Positions 51,136 to 63,975 of a stretch of 64,000 nucleotides of DNA are shown here, one piece after another; positions within the stretch are counted from its first letter, which is position 1, and every line of letters starts with the position of its first letter. The notes below the pieces were generated by a model. The model saw only the letters and a list, made by a program, of their open reading frames with translations, did not search any database and was not told the origin of the DNA. This DNA comes from Raja brachyura (taxonomy: Eukaryota). The stretch is from positions 20,708,001-20,772,000 of the forward strand of contig OY740785.1 in NCBI GenBank assembly GCA_963514005.1, in the 5' to 3' direction. The position numbers and the translations under genes were made by a program.

Positions 51136-53699
51136 CTACCTTTTGGAGCCAAATTAGAGGCTGAAAAATCATTCTCTCTTCTCCACCCCCACCCCCAAGG
51201 TCACTCAAATCTCTGCCAGCTATGTGCAATCTTTATCTTTCATTTGCATAATTTCTATTGAATTGTTATCCACTTTCTTTTCGAGGTGGAAATATTCACC
51301 AAATTAGACATCATCCGTGGAGAACGATGGATAACGTTTCAGTTAAGCAACCTTTCAGGTCAAGAGCATCTGATTATGTTATCCTTCCAAGCTAAGATCT
51401 ACAACCAGTCAGAAGTGTTTGTAGTTTTAATCACGGTTCTTCTCTCAATCCTTAATTTCAGGTGGGAAGTAAAGAATGTCTTGTGGAACATGGTTTGAAG
51501 AACTCCTGCTATAATTTTCTGTTAGTAATTTACTCCGGGGTGTAATTGAAATCAACAGGTCCAGAATGCGAGCTGTATAGTATCTGTGGCTCACCACTAC
51601 AGTAGAGACTCGACCAGCATACAATGTGGATAAATTGTCATTAATATTTCTGTTTAAACCTCCTAGGCCCCTTTTCCTGTTATGACTTATTTACTGCGTG
51701 CCATTCTGACACGCTGCCCTTCACATCTTTATGAACTCTCCAACTTGCCTAACCCTTTGTTTGCAATTAGGCTAGTCCACTATCTTGTCCTCCGAGCTGA
51801 CATATCTGTTACAGCTCACTTTCTTGCCCAACTTTGTATCATCAGTCAACTTGGAAATGCTTAATTTTGTTCTAATCAATTACTGGTATCTGAGAGCCTT
51901 GGGCTAATTTCTGTGGCACTCCCACCACTGCCAATTTACCAATGTGTGAAGCCCTACATGACTGGTGAACGGAAGGATATTAGGGTCCAAGTCCATAGTT
52001 CCTTGAAAGTGATAACACGGGTGGATAAGAGTGGTAAAGAAGGCATCTGTGACAGACATGATGCCAAGATTAGCTAATTGCATCTGCAACACGTGATCCA
52101 TTCCATATATATCCATGTGCCTATCTAAAAGTCACCCAAAAGTTGCTGTTGTATCTACTTCCACCACCACCCATGGCAGCATGTTCCAGGAACCCACCGT
52201 TGTGTAAAGAAAAACTTGTCCGTGCCTCTCCTTTAAACTTTGCTCCACTTACCTTAAATTTTCAAGAGTCCTAATGCCACCTTCTTAATCTCAAACTGTT
52301 CTTGCATATCAGTATTTTCCACACTGATCTCAATGTCCATGTCCTCCTTACAAAATCAGATGTAAAGTACCGGTACTCATTTAACACCTTGCCTACAACC
52401 TCTGCTCTCATTTATCATTGAGCGGTCCTACGTTCCCCCTGGTTATCCGCTTCTTAAAGTACACATAAAAAGCTTGGGATTTTCTTTAATCTGATTCGAG
52501 TAAGACATTTTATGGCTTTGATGCAGCGAAAAAAGGTAGTTTGCCATTTTTGCAATATGGTTGGAATGCAAAAATAAGGAAGGTGCAGGGGTTTGAGACC
52601 AAACCTGGAATTCTATGCGCTATTGTCTCTGCACTTGAGAATATGTTTAAGGAAATGGAGCTTCTTATACTTGTAGTGCAGAATTACTGAATTGATTTCA
52701 AGATTGGGAGGGATTTCCCTGAAGAAGAGTGTGATTAACATTGTCCTATATTTAAATGTAGACAAAAGAAGTATTTAATTAATTCCGAATTTGACGTAGT
52801 GTTTGAATCTGTTTCCACAAGCCTTTCAGGCTCACACTTTTCCCTGTGCGCAGTCTGAGGATAAGGAGTCATCCATTTAGAACTGAGAAGATTTGCTCAT
52901 ATTGGTAGAAGATTTCAATATTCTGTTTTAAATATTTGGAATCCTGAATCCTGGGAGAACACTCTGCATTAAAAAATGTGATATAGCATTGTTTTGGGCA
53001 TTAAAAGTAATTGAGGAATTTGGAGCTTAGGTGATGTGGTGGGCTTGATGCATAAGATTGCACTCCATAATCTCACAGAATGGAAGGAAAGTATTAATGC
53101 GCTACAAGAAATTGCAGATGCTGGTTTACAAAAATGAACACAGTGCTGGAGTAACTCAGCGGCATCTCTGGCGAGCATGGACAGGAGATGTTTCAGGTCG
53201 GAACTCATTTTCTGAAGAAGGGTTGCATCATGGTCTATTGCTACTATCCCAATGGACACGAGTGCATAAGGCTGCAGAGTGCTAGATTCAGCTCATCATG
53301 GCCACAGCCCTCCTCACCATTAAAAGTATCAACATAAATTACTATCTCAAGAAGATAAACTCTGCAGTCGCTGCATGCTGGTGATAGATACAATGACCAT
53401 TTTGGATTGTTGATTAATGATTAGTAACCAATTATGTGTTCTTGATGGTGTTATTCTGCTTGAGTCAGTGGCCAGTGGAAAAATATTCTACCATGCTCCT
53501 AACCAGTGGCTTGAAGATAGTAGACAGATCTGGGGGGAACGGTGGGGAGGGAGGCAGTGTCAGGTGGTGACTGACTTGCCACAGAATGTTGTGGATATGG
53601 AAAATCACACGGGTCTATTAAGTCAAAGAGGCTTATATTTATTTGATCAATCTTTTATCTCAAGAATAATGAGAGAGGCCCATTTACCTTCGCTGAGCA

Positions 53700-54540
53700 G
53701 TTCAAGTTCACATTTATTGCCACGTGCACCAATTAAGGAACAGTGGAATTTACCTTTCCATGCAGTCGCATAATCAAAAAGAGCACAATACACAATAGAA
53801 TATAACATGAACATCCACCACAGTGGAATCAACATTCTTCACTGTGGTGGAATGCAATAACGTTCAGTCAGTCCTCCTCCTTTGTTCATCCATGGTTGGG
53901 GCCATCACTCCTACAGACGGCCGGATGTACAGGCCCTCTCGTCAGGATGCTCGAAACTCCGACGTCAGGGTGGACGGACACTCAGTGGCTTGGAGGTCCC
54001 GAATCGGCCGCTTCCCACTGGAGACTGCGGCTTCAGGATGTTGTAGGCCACAGGCCGGCGGTCGGAGCTCTTCTCTGGCGATCCCCGGCGAGGGATCCCA
54101 GACTCCGGATGGTAAGTCCACGCCACGCCCGCGGCTAGAAGCTCCACAGACCACAGCCCCATGATGCCAAAGTCACCAGGCCAGCGATGGGAGCACTCCT
54201 TTCTGGCGACCCCGGCAAGGGTTCGCTCCCGCTCCGCGATATACAAGTCCACGCTGCGCCCGCTGCTGAAGCTCTGGGCCCGACTCCGGGAAAGGCCGCT
54301 CCAATCCAAGCTGTTATGCCACGAGAGAGGAGGCGGAGAAGTGACATGGAAAAAGTCGCCTCTCCATGAGGAAGTGACCGAAAAACGGTTTCCCCCTTTC
54401 TCCCCCCCACCACCCCCCACATAAGATATACCGAGAGACACCAAAACAAACACTTAGACACACAAAAAAAACCAACAAAAGTTGAAATAACGAACACGCT
54501 GCTGGCAGGGCAGCGGACTCGCAGCGCCCCCAACAGTGAG
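53700..54540 (-). mobile_element. CpG-rich non-coding SINE-like retroposon, second long copy
   Basis: Shares TATGTGGGGGG...AAAGGGGGAAAC, GGAGAGGC--CTTTT, TGGAGCGGC-TTTCC and CCTTGCC-GGGTCGCC blocks with 50360-51135. Confidence 0.7.
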
Positions 54541-55431
54541 TCCATATACTCTCTCTGTACAAAGACTGGCATCTTTATACGCAGGGGTCATGAAGTACAT
54601 CATCCGCGCCAATGTATGGTGTGCAAGTTATCATTTCCTGACCAATCCAAGATGAGAATGTGCATGATCAGTTGCTCTTGACGTCACCTTGTACCTTACT
54701 GACCCCTGCCTCTCGTAGGAGTCAGATGGTTTTATGTTTGAAATATCCCTTTTTTCAAACCTTACGAGACCCAGGAATGTTATCTCCAGTTATTACCTTC
54801 TTCCAGAAGCCTTGTATTTCTGTCCCATACTACTTCACAAATCAGATTAGAAATTAGGTGGGTTAGATATATAATTCTGTCATCCAGTATGCTCTATAAA
54901 ATAGTACAATATTCACTCTCTGACCATGGTATCTATGTAGTGAGTCCAATTGAGTTTCTGGTCAATGGATTTCCTTGGGTGTTGATTGTGGAGTTTGCTC
55001 TTTGGTCACGTCATTGAATCTCAAGCTCAGAGAGAATACTTCACCAACTTGGTCATTGACTGGCGCTTTTGTAACATCAGTGTTACTCGCCATTTATTGG
55101 CCCATATCTGATTATTGTCTTGGTCTTACCCCTGAAAGCTTGAACTGATTAATTTGCTGAGTAATCCCTCCTGTGCTGCTCTTGTATTTAAACTAAATAA
55201 GAACTGTGGAATTCTCTTGAATTTTGGGAAGGAATCCAACTGAAGATAATCATCTCATCCTGACTCGCAACCCAAGAGACAATTCTCGCTGTGTTATCCA
55301 AAAGTCCTGTTGCTCGCCAGACTCTGAGACACCTGTTCTGAAAGAAGCTAGGTTAACCTCCTGTGGAGCTAATGTTTTTTTTTTCTTCTGCTGTTTTACG
55401 GCGTGTATCCGTTCTACAGTCTTGTGACAGC

Positions 55432-55580
55432 TTTAGCTCAGTGGTGGCATTCTCACCTCTGATTCAGAGGTCATGGGTTCAAGCCCCAGTTGAGAGTAAT
55501 GAACACATATTTCAGGCTGACATTTCAGAGTTGCCAGGTTCACAGCAGATCAAAAGTGCTGCTTTTTTAGATAAAACAGT
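55432..55580 (+). mobile_element. tRNA-headed SINE resembling shark SacSINE1 (DeuSINE group), truncated
   Basis: A box TAGCTCAGTGG, B box GGTTCAAGCC, then CAGGCTGACA. Confidence 0.55.
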
Positions 55581-57011
55581 CCTTTGCGTTGTAAATTTAG
55601 TGAGGTTGTACATTTGTTCAAAAATAAAAATAAAGTGTATGTTAAGTTTAAGAATATGCAACCAGCCAAAGCCTTTGAGGAATTATAGAGCAAGTTGGAA
55701 AGAGCTCAAATAGGTGATTAGAAGGGCCAAACGGGCCATGCAATGTCAATGGTGAGTGATTAAAGAAAACCCCAGGTTTTTTCCATGCTGCTTCCTTGAT
55801 TGATGTAGCAGAGAGGCGTCAGAATAGATGTGGCCACAAAAAAGGCAGGTGTAGCTGGGGCAGGAGCCTGAGGACTGTTGACTCCAGGTGCAAGAATATC
55901 TTCTTCCCACCAACCACCAGGTTCTTGAATTTTCCTTAATGACAATAATCACAACCCGACCTCACCACTGAACCACAATGGACTTTGTACCAATTGTGTT
56001 GCTCTTTGTACTTTGGGTTTGTACCATCTCTTATTTGCATGGAATAACTTATAATTTATAATGTTTATGTTTGTAGTTGTTGCATCTAACGTGCCTGTGA
56101 AGCTGCAGCAAGAAAGAATGTCATTGTTCTGATGCACGATATCCTTGTTTGACAGCAAGGATAAATTCTGCCATGCGCACAAGTGTGAGTAGAATAGAAC
56201 TGGTTGGATCTGTAAAAACAAGAAACTGCAGATGCTAGATTACAAAAAAAAGACCCGGGCACACTGGAGTAACTCAACATCCCTGGAAGAACTGGACAGG
56301 TGACGTTTTGGGACGGGACCCTTCTTCGGACCTCTGGGTGGATCTCTTGTTCTAGAGAAGAGCGAAGGGCCTTTAGATCTTCCTGACGAGGAATAGAGGT
56401 GTATAGAGTTTGGAAACCCATGATGATGTTGAAGCCGTTGGGACCAAGGAATAAGAAATTATGAAAAAGGTGGAGGGCATGAGAGGTGTATCAGATGTAG
56501 GTGGGAAATATCTGGGCAGTGGTGGTGTGTGTGGGTGCAGGATAGAGTCAAATTACTTGGAATAGTTGGACTGATGGTGAGACTTTAATAAATGCCCAAG
56601 GACTAGTGTATTTCTAGATACAATAGAATGTTGCCACCAGATAAATAGGCAGACATCCGCAATACTTAATTTATGCCTTGGGATCCAGGGGGTGTAAAAA
56701 TGTTGATAAATCATGTAAACTAAAGGATGTATGGAACAGAAGGATTCTGGGTGCATATGAGCATAAGCTTTCAAAACTGGCAGGGCAGGATGATAATGGT
56801 TAGTGATGGGTATGAGATCCTGGGTTTATTAGGAGTGATTTTAAAGTACAGAAGGAGAGGTTGTGTTGAACCTGTACAAAACATTGGTTGGGCCTTATAT
56901 GGAGCAACAATAGACTGTTGGAGTACCTGGACTGACAACATTGGGATTGCGATCCTCCTTGCAAGATGTTGTCTATCCATTTCCCTCCATAGGTGATGCC
57001 TGACTTATTGA

Positions 57012-57199
57012 AGGTAGACAAGGAAATAGGCAACGTTTCGAGCCAAATCCCTTCAGATCCGAAAAACGTTGCCTATTTCCTTCGCTCCATAGATGCTGCT
57101 GCACCCGCCGAGTTTCTCCAGCTTTCTCCGAGTTTCTCCAGCTTCTCCAGTTTCGTCTACCTTCGATTTTCCAGCATCTGCAGTTCCTTCTTAAACGCT
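57012..57199. mobile_element. Fold-back Penelope-terminal mini-element with 11-bp TSD
   Basis: TGACTTATTGA at 57001-57011 and 57200-57210; AAGGAAATAGGCAACGTTT and AAACGTTGCCTATTTCCTT are inverted. Confidence 0.85.
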
Positions 57200-58249
57200 T
57201 GACTTATTGAGTTCTTCCATCAGTTTTTGTTTTTTACACAAGATTTTAGCATCTGGGGTGGCGCTTGTCTCCATGCCCCAATTATAGTTTCTGCCTAATT
57301 TTGTTCATTATGGTTTCAGAAGGATGTAAAGGTCTGAGAGAAAGTGCAGAGTATGCTGATTAGAATCGTTTCACTGTATGGTAGGATGATTCTCTTTGGT
57401 GTAAAGACATTTGAGAATCAATCTGATAGAGGGGGAGGAGTGGCGTTCCTACATAATGGTCCATATTGCGATTTTCCTTAACATGTGCACATTGTTATTT
57501 GTGTTAAGGAATGGGAGTTAAAAATAAAGCCTTTTTTTGGTAGTGGTGTGATTTCCGTAAGAGTAAATTTCTGTTAACCGAACTGCTGTAATGAGTAGAA
57601 TGCAAGTGTGCAGACTTTTTACTCAAGATCTAGAAATTACTACTAATTAAGAATGGCAGAAATTAGTTAATTAGTAGTATCACAAAGGATTTGGCTTGGT
57701 ATTGCAGTGGGAATAATTTAAGGGCTTGAGAAAAGAGCAGTGAAACCGACAGAGAGGATGCAGTGGTAGCAGTTGGCATGGACAGTGGGCATTCTGTGCA
57801 GGAACAGGTCTGATTATTTACCCAATCTCACAGAGTAGTTTGCTCTTCCCTGCTGCTCAGCTGCCTCAAAGAGGCTGCAGAACATGGTGGCTAATGCAAG
57901 GTTGTACTTACAAAGTGTATAGTCGTACAGTGGTGTCCATGTCAACCAAGGTGCTTTCCTGAGGTACTTCCCATTGTCTGCATTAGGCCTATTTCCTTTT
58001 AGACCTATCCTTTCCATGTGCCTGAACAAATGTATTTTAAACGTTGTAATTGTACCGGCCTCTCCAGCTTTGGCAGTCACCTCGTTTCATATACTCACCA
58101 TCCTCTGTTGAAAAATTGCCATTCAGGTCCGCTTTACAATTTCCCCCTCGCAACTAAAACCCATGCCGTCTAATTTGAGATTCTCATTCTCTGGGAAAAG
58201 ACTGACCATCCACCTTATAAATGCCCCTCATGATTTAATCAACTTCTAT

Positions 58250-59020
58250 GTATGTCAGGCTACAGAACTGTCTTGGACATGGTAGTGAGGGGCCCCACAG
58301 GAGACGGTCCACTCTCCCTCCCTGTTCACCATCTGAACCTCTGACTTCAGATATAACTCGGGCTCGTGCCACCTGCAATTGTGGGCTGCATCATTGAGGG
58401 GAGGGAAGCTGAATACAGAGGTGTAGTCAACGACTTTGTCGAGTGGTGTGGGCTGAATAACTTGCACAGACTAAGGAATTAGTGGTAGACTTTGGGAGGA
58501 GAGGAACACCCCTGTCCCCAGTCTCCATCAATGGTGTGGATGTGCAGTTTACCAAGGAGTACAAATAACTTGGAGATTACCTGGTCAGTAAAATGGACTG
58601 GTCCAGGAATGCTGAGGCCCTGTACAAAAAGGGACAGAGCCGCCTGTACCTTTTGAGAAGGCTCCGCTCCTTCAACGTCTGCAGTGCGCTGCTGCAGATG
58701 TTCTACCAATCTGTGGTGGTCAGTGCCGTCGTATGCTGGGGCAGCAGAGCAAAGGCTGCGGACGCCAACAAGATTAACAAGCTCATCAGGAAGGCTGGCA
58801 CTCCTGGGGGTGGAGTTGGATTCATGGGAGGTGGTCTTAGAGGGGAGGATGCTCCTCTAACTATGGAACATCTTGGACAATACAGCTCACCACCTCCATG
58901 GTCAACCTGAGGAGTATCTTTAGCAACAGACTGGTTCCACCAAGATGCAGTACAGAACGCCACAGGAGATCCTGTTACCCTGTGGCTATCAAACTGTACA
59001 ACTCCTCCCCCTTCTGTCAT
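58250..59020 (+). mobile_element. Rex1-clade LINE RT fragment (different subfamily)
   Basis: GAPQETVHSPSLFT; KKGQSRLYLLRRLRSFNV...FYQSVV. Confidence 0.8.
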
Positions 59021-59131
59021 GAGGTAGACATTTATTTTGTGAAGAATCTCTAGAATATAAATTATTTTATTTAGAATCTCTAAATATACACGAGTGTGTG
59101 TGTGTGTGTGTATATATATAGCAACTTGGCA

Positions 59132-59266
59132 ATAGACGCAAAATGCTGGAGTAACTCAGTGGGACAGGCAGCATCTCTGGAGAGAAGGAATGGCCCCGCT
59201 TAGTTATCCTAGCATTTTGTGTCTATCTTCGGTTTAAACCAGCATCTGCAGTTCCTTCCTACACGT
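59132..59266. mobile_element. Fold-back Penelope-terminal mini-element with 11-bp TSD
   Basis: GCAACTTGGCA at 59121-59131 and 59270-59280; ATAGACGCAAAATGCT and AGCATTTTGTGTCTAT are inverted. Confidence 0.85.
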
Positions 59267-60200
59267 ATGGCAACTTGGCATTTTCTTTCAAAAAAATCTT
59301 AGTTCCCCCAGCTGGTTGTTAATTTGTTAATGTTTTAATCTCAGAGTCTGCCATTCACTTTTGCTTTGGCGTCTGTAGAAACTAGTGGGATCACAACATT
59401 GTTTTGAGCTATTTAAAAATAGAGGAAAAACAATTTATCTTAATAATTTTCTCATGTAAATTTCATCAGATCAATATAGTATTGCTCTTCCATTATATTA
59501 TTTCAGCCTTTTTTACGGTGCAGTGGTCATTGTTTTATTGAATGGATTCATTCTGCATCAAATTAATCCATGTGCTTGACGTCAGTGCTGTTTGTGTCAA
59601 GTTTGAATGTGCTCCATGAATATCAATGGAACTTGGATCTATGTTCCCACCTGATGTGGGCTAATTCTACATTCCCACCTGATGTGGGCTAATGTTTAAC
59701 ATTAGTAGTTTTACACGTGTTCTTTTGCATTCTCTCCGAAGTGCATTTCAAAATGAGCATTGACATTTGCAGCTTCCAGTAGGGTTTGTGATGCAGTTTC
59801 TTTTTTTTTTTGGGGGGGGGGGGATGATTTGAATGTATTGGAGTTTCCTAACTGCAATAATAATGTATGTGTGGCAATTTATTTGGTGCACTATTACATT
59901 TCTTCTCAAATCCAAGATTATTTTATAGAAATGTGCTTGTGCTCATGGGATAGCTTTCATGGCCTCAGGATATCCCTGATCTTCCCAATCATTGGTATTG
60001 GTTTATTATTGTCACGTCTATTGAGAAGCTTTCATTTCCAATGAACTTCTGAGTTCATTGCACTGCTGAACTTCCAAAGAAAAATATTTGCATGTTAAAT
60101 GTAAGATACCATCAGAGTGCATGTGTAGCTGATGTGCCAATAATGTTTAAGCCTTTAAACAAATCTGTTGTCTAACAGGACAGACCTGTAGGATATGAAA

Positions 60201-60419
60201 TGTGTAGGAAGGAACTGGAGATGCTGGCTTACACCGGAGATAGACACAAATTGCTGGAGTAACTCAGCGGACCAGGCAGCATCTCTGGAGAGAAGGAATG
60301 AGTGATGTTTTGGATGGAGACACATCTTCAGACTGAAGGGTCTCAACCGAAACGTCACCCATTCCTTCTCTCCAGAGATGCTGCCTGTCCTGCTGAGTTA
60401 CTCCAGCATTTTGTATCTA
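60201..60419. mobile_element. Fold-back Penelope-terminal mini-element
   Basis: About 90-bp inverted arms pivoting at CTTCAGACTGAAG (60327-60339); possible degenerate TSD GACCTGTAGGATA / GACCAGGAGGATA. Confidence 0.85.
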
Positions 60420-60929
60420 GACCAGGAGGATACATACTAGACCCCCTCCCCTATTCATGAGTATTGGTGTTCTGGCAGACAGTGTCTTGTGAAAACCTGC
60501 CTTGTTGTCATGGACTGCTTCAGACGTGGCAGATGAAACTGGGCATGCACCAGGCATAACTGTATTCTGAAAAAGATAACTCTTATTTTCACAATTGCTG
60601 GCTGAGTAACATTCATGCCTTACTCGTGGAATGGGGAACTTGTAAAAGAGGAGTGACATTGTAATGTTAATGATTGATTTCATTGCCGTTGCAATGAGAG
60701 TAAGTCCAAGAAGGTTCTTCAATTATGCCTTTATGGAGGGACCAGAGAAACACAAACAGTGGTCATTTTACTGCAAGGTGAATTTTAGGCCTATTTAAAA
60801 TAAGCAAGAGTTACAGGAGCAGTTATGTACACAAATCACAGAGATGTGACAAAAGGTCACAGGCCTCGGGCACTTCAGTTGTACTGACATTAGTTTGGAA
60901 TGTCCCACCTGCCTGCTTTTGACTTATAA

Positions 60930-61471
60930 AGGGCCTGTCCCACCAGCACGCAACTCTATGCGATCAACGCGATCAAACCGGCAGCGGGGGCCGCGCGGAG
61001 GTCGGGTGATCCCCTGTACAGGGCCGTTCCCACCAGCGTGCGCCTGCATGCGGCAAGCGCAACCAAACCGGCAGCACGGGCCGCGCGGAGGTCGGGTGAG
61101 TGGCGCAACGCGGCGCAAAGTGAGGCGAACTTGGAACGAAGTCCAAGGTAAGTTCGCCAGGACAGAGAGGGGCACACACACACACACACACACACAGGGC
61201 CACGGAGGCACTTACAAATAGGTTCACGGAGGCACAATGTCCGGGCGGTGTGTAAATGTCGAGGCGACTGCGAGCCGACAAGCCGTTGCCGTGCGGAATT
61301 TTTGGACATAGTCGGTTTTTCGGAGCCCCGCGCCGTGTCGGGACGAACTCCGCACAATTCCGCACGGCTCTGGCGATCGAAGTGGGACCGGCCCCGCGAC
61401 GCCGGACGGCTCAAGCGACCACGTTAGGACGCGCTAATCGCATAGAGTTGCATGTTGGTGGGACAGGCCCT
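60930..61471. mobile_element. PIF/Harbinger-type MITE
   Basis: About 40-bp TIR AGGGCCTGTCCCACCARCAYGCAACTCTATGCGAT; TAA TSD at 60927-60929 and 61472-61474; internal (CA)n. Confidence 0.9.
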
Positions 61472-61474
61472 TAA

Positions 61475-61880
61475 CCCTCTAAACCTATCCTGTCCTTACA
61501 GCAGCCTAAATGTTTCTTAACGTGGTGTTAGTTGCTGCCTCAACTAACTCCTCTGGCAGCTTGTTCCATACACCTACCATGCTTTATGTAAAAAAAAGTT
61601 CCCCTCAGATTGCCATTCCCCCATTTTCTTCCTCTTTTTAAGCCTTTGTCTTCTGGTTCTTGATTCCCCTACTGTGGGTAAAAGATGCTGCGCATTTAGC
61701 CTATCTATTCCTCTCATTATCTTGTACACCTCTGTTAAATCACCCCTTGATTTTGCTCTTGCTCTCCAAGGAAAAAACCCCTGGCCTGCTGAACCTCTCC
61801 CTATAGCTCAGGCTGTCGAGTCCTGGCAACATCCTCGTAAATCTTTTCTGCACCCTTTCCAGCTTAACAACATTATTCCA
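61475..61880 (-). mobile_element. CR1 3' fragment
   Basis: Homologous to 6670-7015. Confidence 0.8.
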
Positions 61881-62154
61881 AAAACGCTCAAAATTCCAAG
61901 GTCCTATTTAGTTCTATTACCTTTGTCATATGTCCCGCCCCCAGTACCAGCTTAGCTGGGTCCCCTGCCAAGTGTGAAGAATTCTTTACTTTTTTCACCA
62001 GTAAAGTTGAGAACATCAGAACTAATATTTCCCCTCCCACCCTTGACCTAGCTGTCTACTTGGTCTGTTCTTCCAAATTAGACTGCTTCCAACCCGTTAC
62101 TCTACCCTCCCTTGTGAAGCTTGTTTCCACTATGTAACTTATCTACACCAAAAT

Positions 62155-63560
62155 TCCATCCTGGAAAGTTTCCAATCAGGTTTCAGGGCCCACCACAGCA
62201 CAGAGTTTGCCTTGTCGAAGGTAAACAATGACTTGCTTCTCGCCATCGTCTCCGGTGACTGCAATCCTGCTCCTTCTCAACCTCAGCGCAGTGATTGATG
62301 CAGTGGACCATACCATCCTAATTGACCGTCTCCAGTATGGGGTTGGTGTTGATGGCTGGTTCGTTTCCTACCTAAAAAACAGGAGTTTCTCTACCAACAT
62401 AGGCAATTCTTTCGCTTCCCCAGCTAGCTTTTTCTGCGGGGGTTCCACAAGGCTCCATCCTAGGCCCCATTCTCTTGTCTCTCTACATGCTCTCCCTAGG
62501 CCAAGTCATCCAAAGGCATGGCATTTCTTCCCACTGCTATGCAGATGATACACAGCTCGATCTCCCCCTGAAACCCAACAATCTGTCTAATTTAAACGGC
62601 CTCATGCACTGCCTTGATGATTTAAAATGCTGGATGGCTCAGAACTTCCTCCAACTTAACGAGAGCAAGTCTGAGGTCATTCTACTCGGCCCCTCCGACC
62701 CCATCAAAACGATAATAGGCAGCCTTGGAAGCCTAACCTCCTTAGTCAAACCGCACATCAAAAACCTTGGCGTGATATTTGACTCCGCATCAAGCAAGTC
62801 AACTCTGTGGTAAAAGCTGGTTTCTTCCAGCTTCGTACAATAGCTAAAATCAAATAATTCCTCAAATTCGACCTTGAAAAAAAATCATCCACGCATTCAT
62901 CTTTTCCGCCTTGACTACTGCAACTCCCTATACACTGGCATCAGCCAATCGTCCCTGTTCCGTCTGCAATTAGTCCAAAATGCCGCAGCAAGACTTCTGA
63001 CCACATCACCCCGATGCTGGCCTCTCTCCACTGGCTCCCAGTACGGTATAGAATCAACTTCAAGCTCCTCTAATTTGTTTACAAAGCCCTTAACAGGCTT
63101 GCCCCCCCCCCCCCCCATATCAAAAATCTTCCAACTAATCATTCTACCACCAGGTCTCTCAGGTCGGCTGACTTGGGCCAGGTCTCTCAGGTCGGCTGAC
63201 TTGGGCCAGGTCTCTCAGGTCGGCTGACTTGGGCCAGGTCTCTCAGGTCGGCTGACTTGGGGCTATTGACTATCCCGTGGTCTAGGTTTAAGCTCGGGGG
63301 CGGTTGCAGCACCTAAACTGTGGAATAGTATCCCGCTCCTCATCAGAGCTGCCCCCACCATCGACTCCTTTAAGTCATGACCCAAACCTATTTCTACTGC
63401 CAAGCGTTTTTGAGCCCCTCTGATGGGGCGCTGTAAACAGTTTATGTATGTATTGTTAGGTCTGTCTACTGTTGTATGTACCAAATTAGTACCTGCACTG
63501 ATGTGAAGCACTTTTGGTCAACGTGAGTTGTTTTTAAACATGCAAATAAATAAATTTGTT
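62155..63560 (+). mobile_element. L2-clade LINE 3' half, frameshifted
   Basis: [58 protein letters not shown]; (AAAT)n tail. Confidence 0.9.
63150..63261. repeat. Minisatellite, 4 x 28 bp, inside L2
   Basis: CCAGGTCTCTCAGGTCGGCTGACTTGGG repeated 4 times exactly. Confidence 0.95.
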
Positions 63561-63851
63561 AAATAAATAAAATAACAAATACATTTATTATTTATTATCC
63601 TTTCTATAAAGATGACCAAAACAACACAATACTATTTTTTTCTAAGTTTGGACTACCAATGTCTTGCACAACTGTAACATGACTTACCAACTTCTATACT
63701 CAGCATCAAACTGGGTCCAGGATTGAACCCATGTTAAACAAATGAGATAGAAATAAGAGTATTTGGCCAATAATTTACAAACTTAAGGAGTAAACTTAAG
63801 GAGTAAATCATTTGGTCCTTTGTACTCGCTCTGTCATTCAATAAGACACAT

Positions 63852-63975
63852 ATCGGAAGGAACTGCAGATGCTGGTTTATATCGAAGATAGACCCAAAAG
63901 GCTGGAGTAGCTCAGCGGGACAGGCAGCATCTCTGGAGAGAAGGAATGGGTGATGTTTTGGGTCAAGACCCGCCT
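63852..63975 (-). mobile_element. Penelope terminal module, solo copy
   Basis: Same sequence family as 265-396. Confidence 0.85.

Noticed and set aside
55432-55500. tRNA gene
   Set aside because: A and B boxes are present but there is no cloverleaf; continues into SINE body
63150-63261. 28-bp repeats of CRISPR-like length
   Set aside because: Head-to-tail with no spacers; derived from the L2 coding sequence
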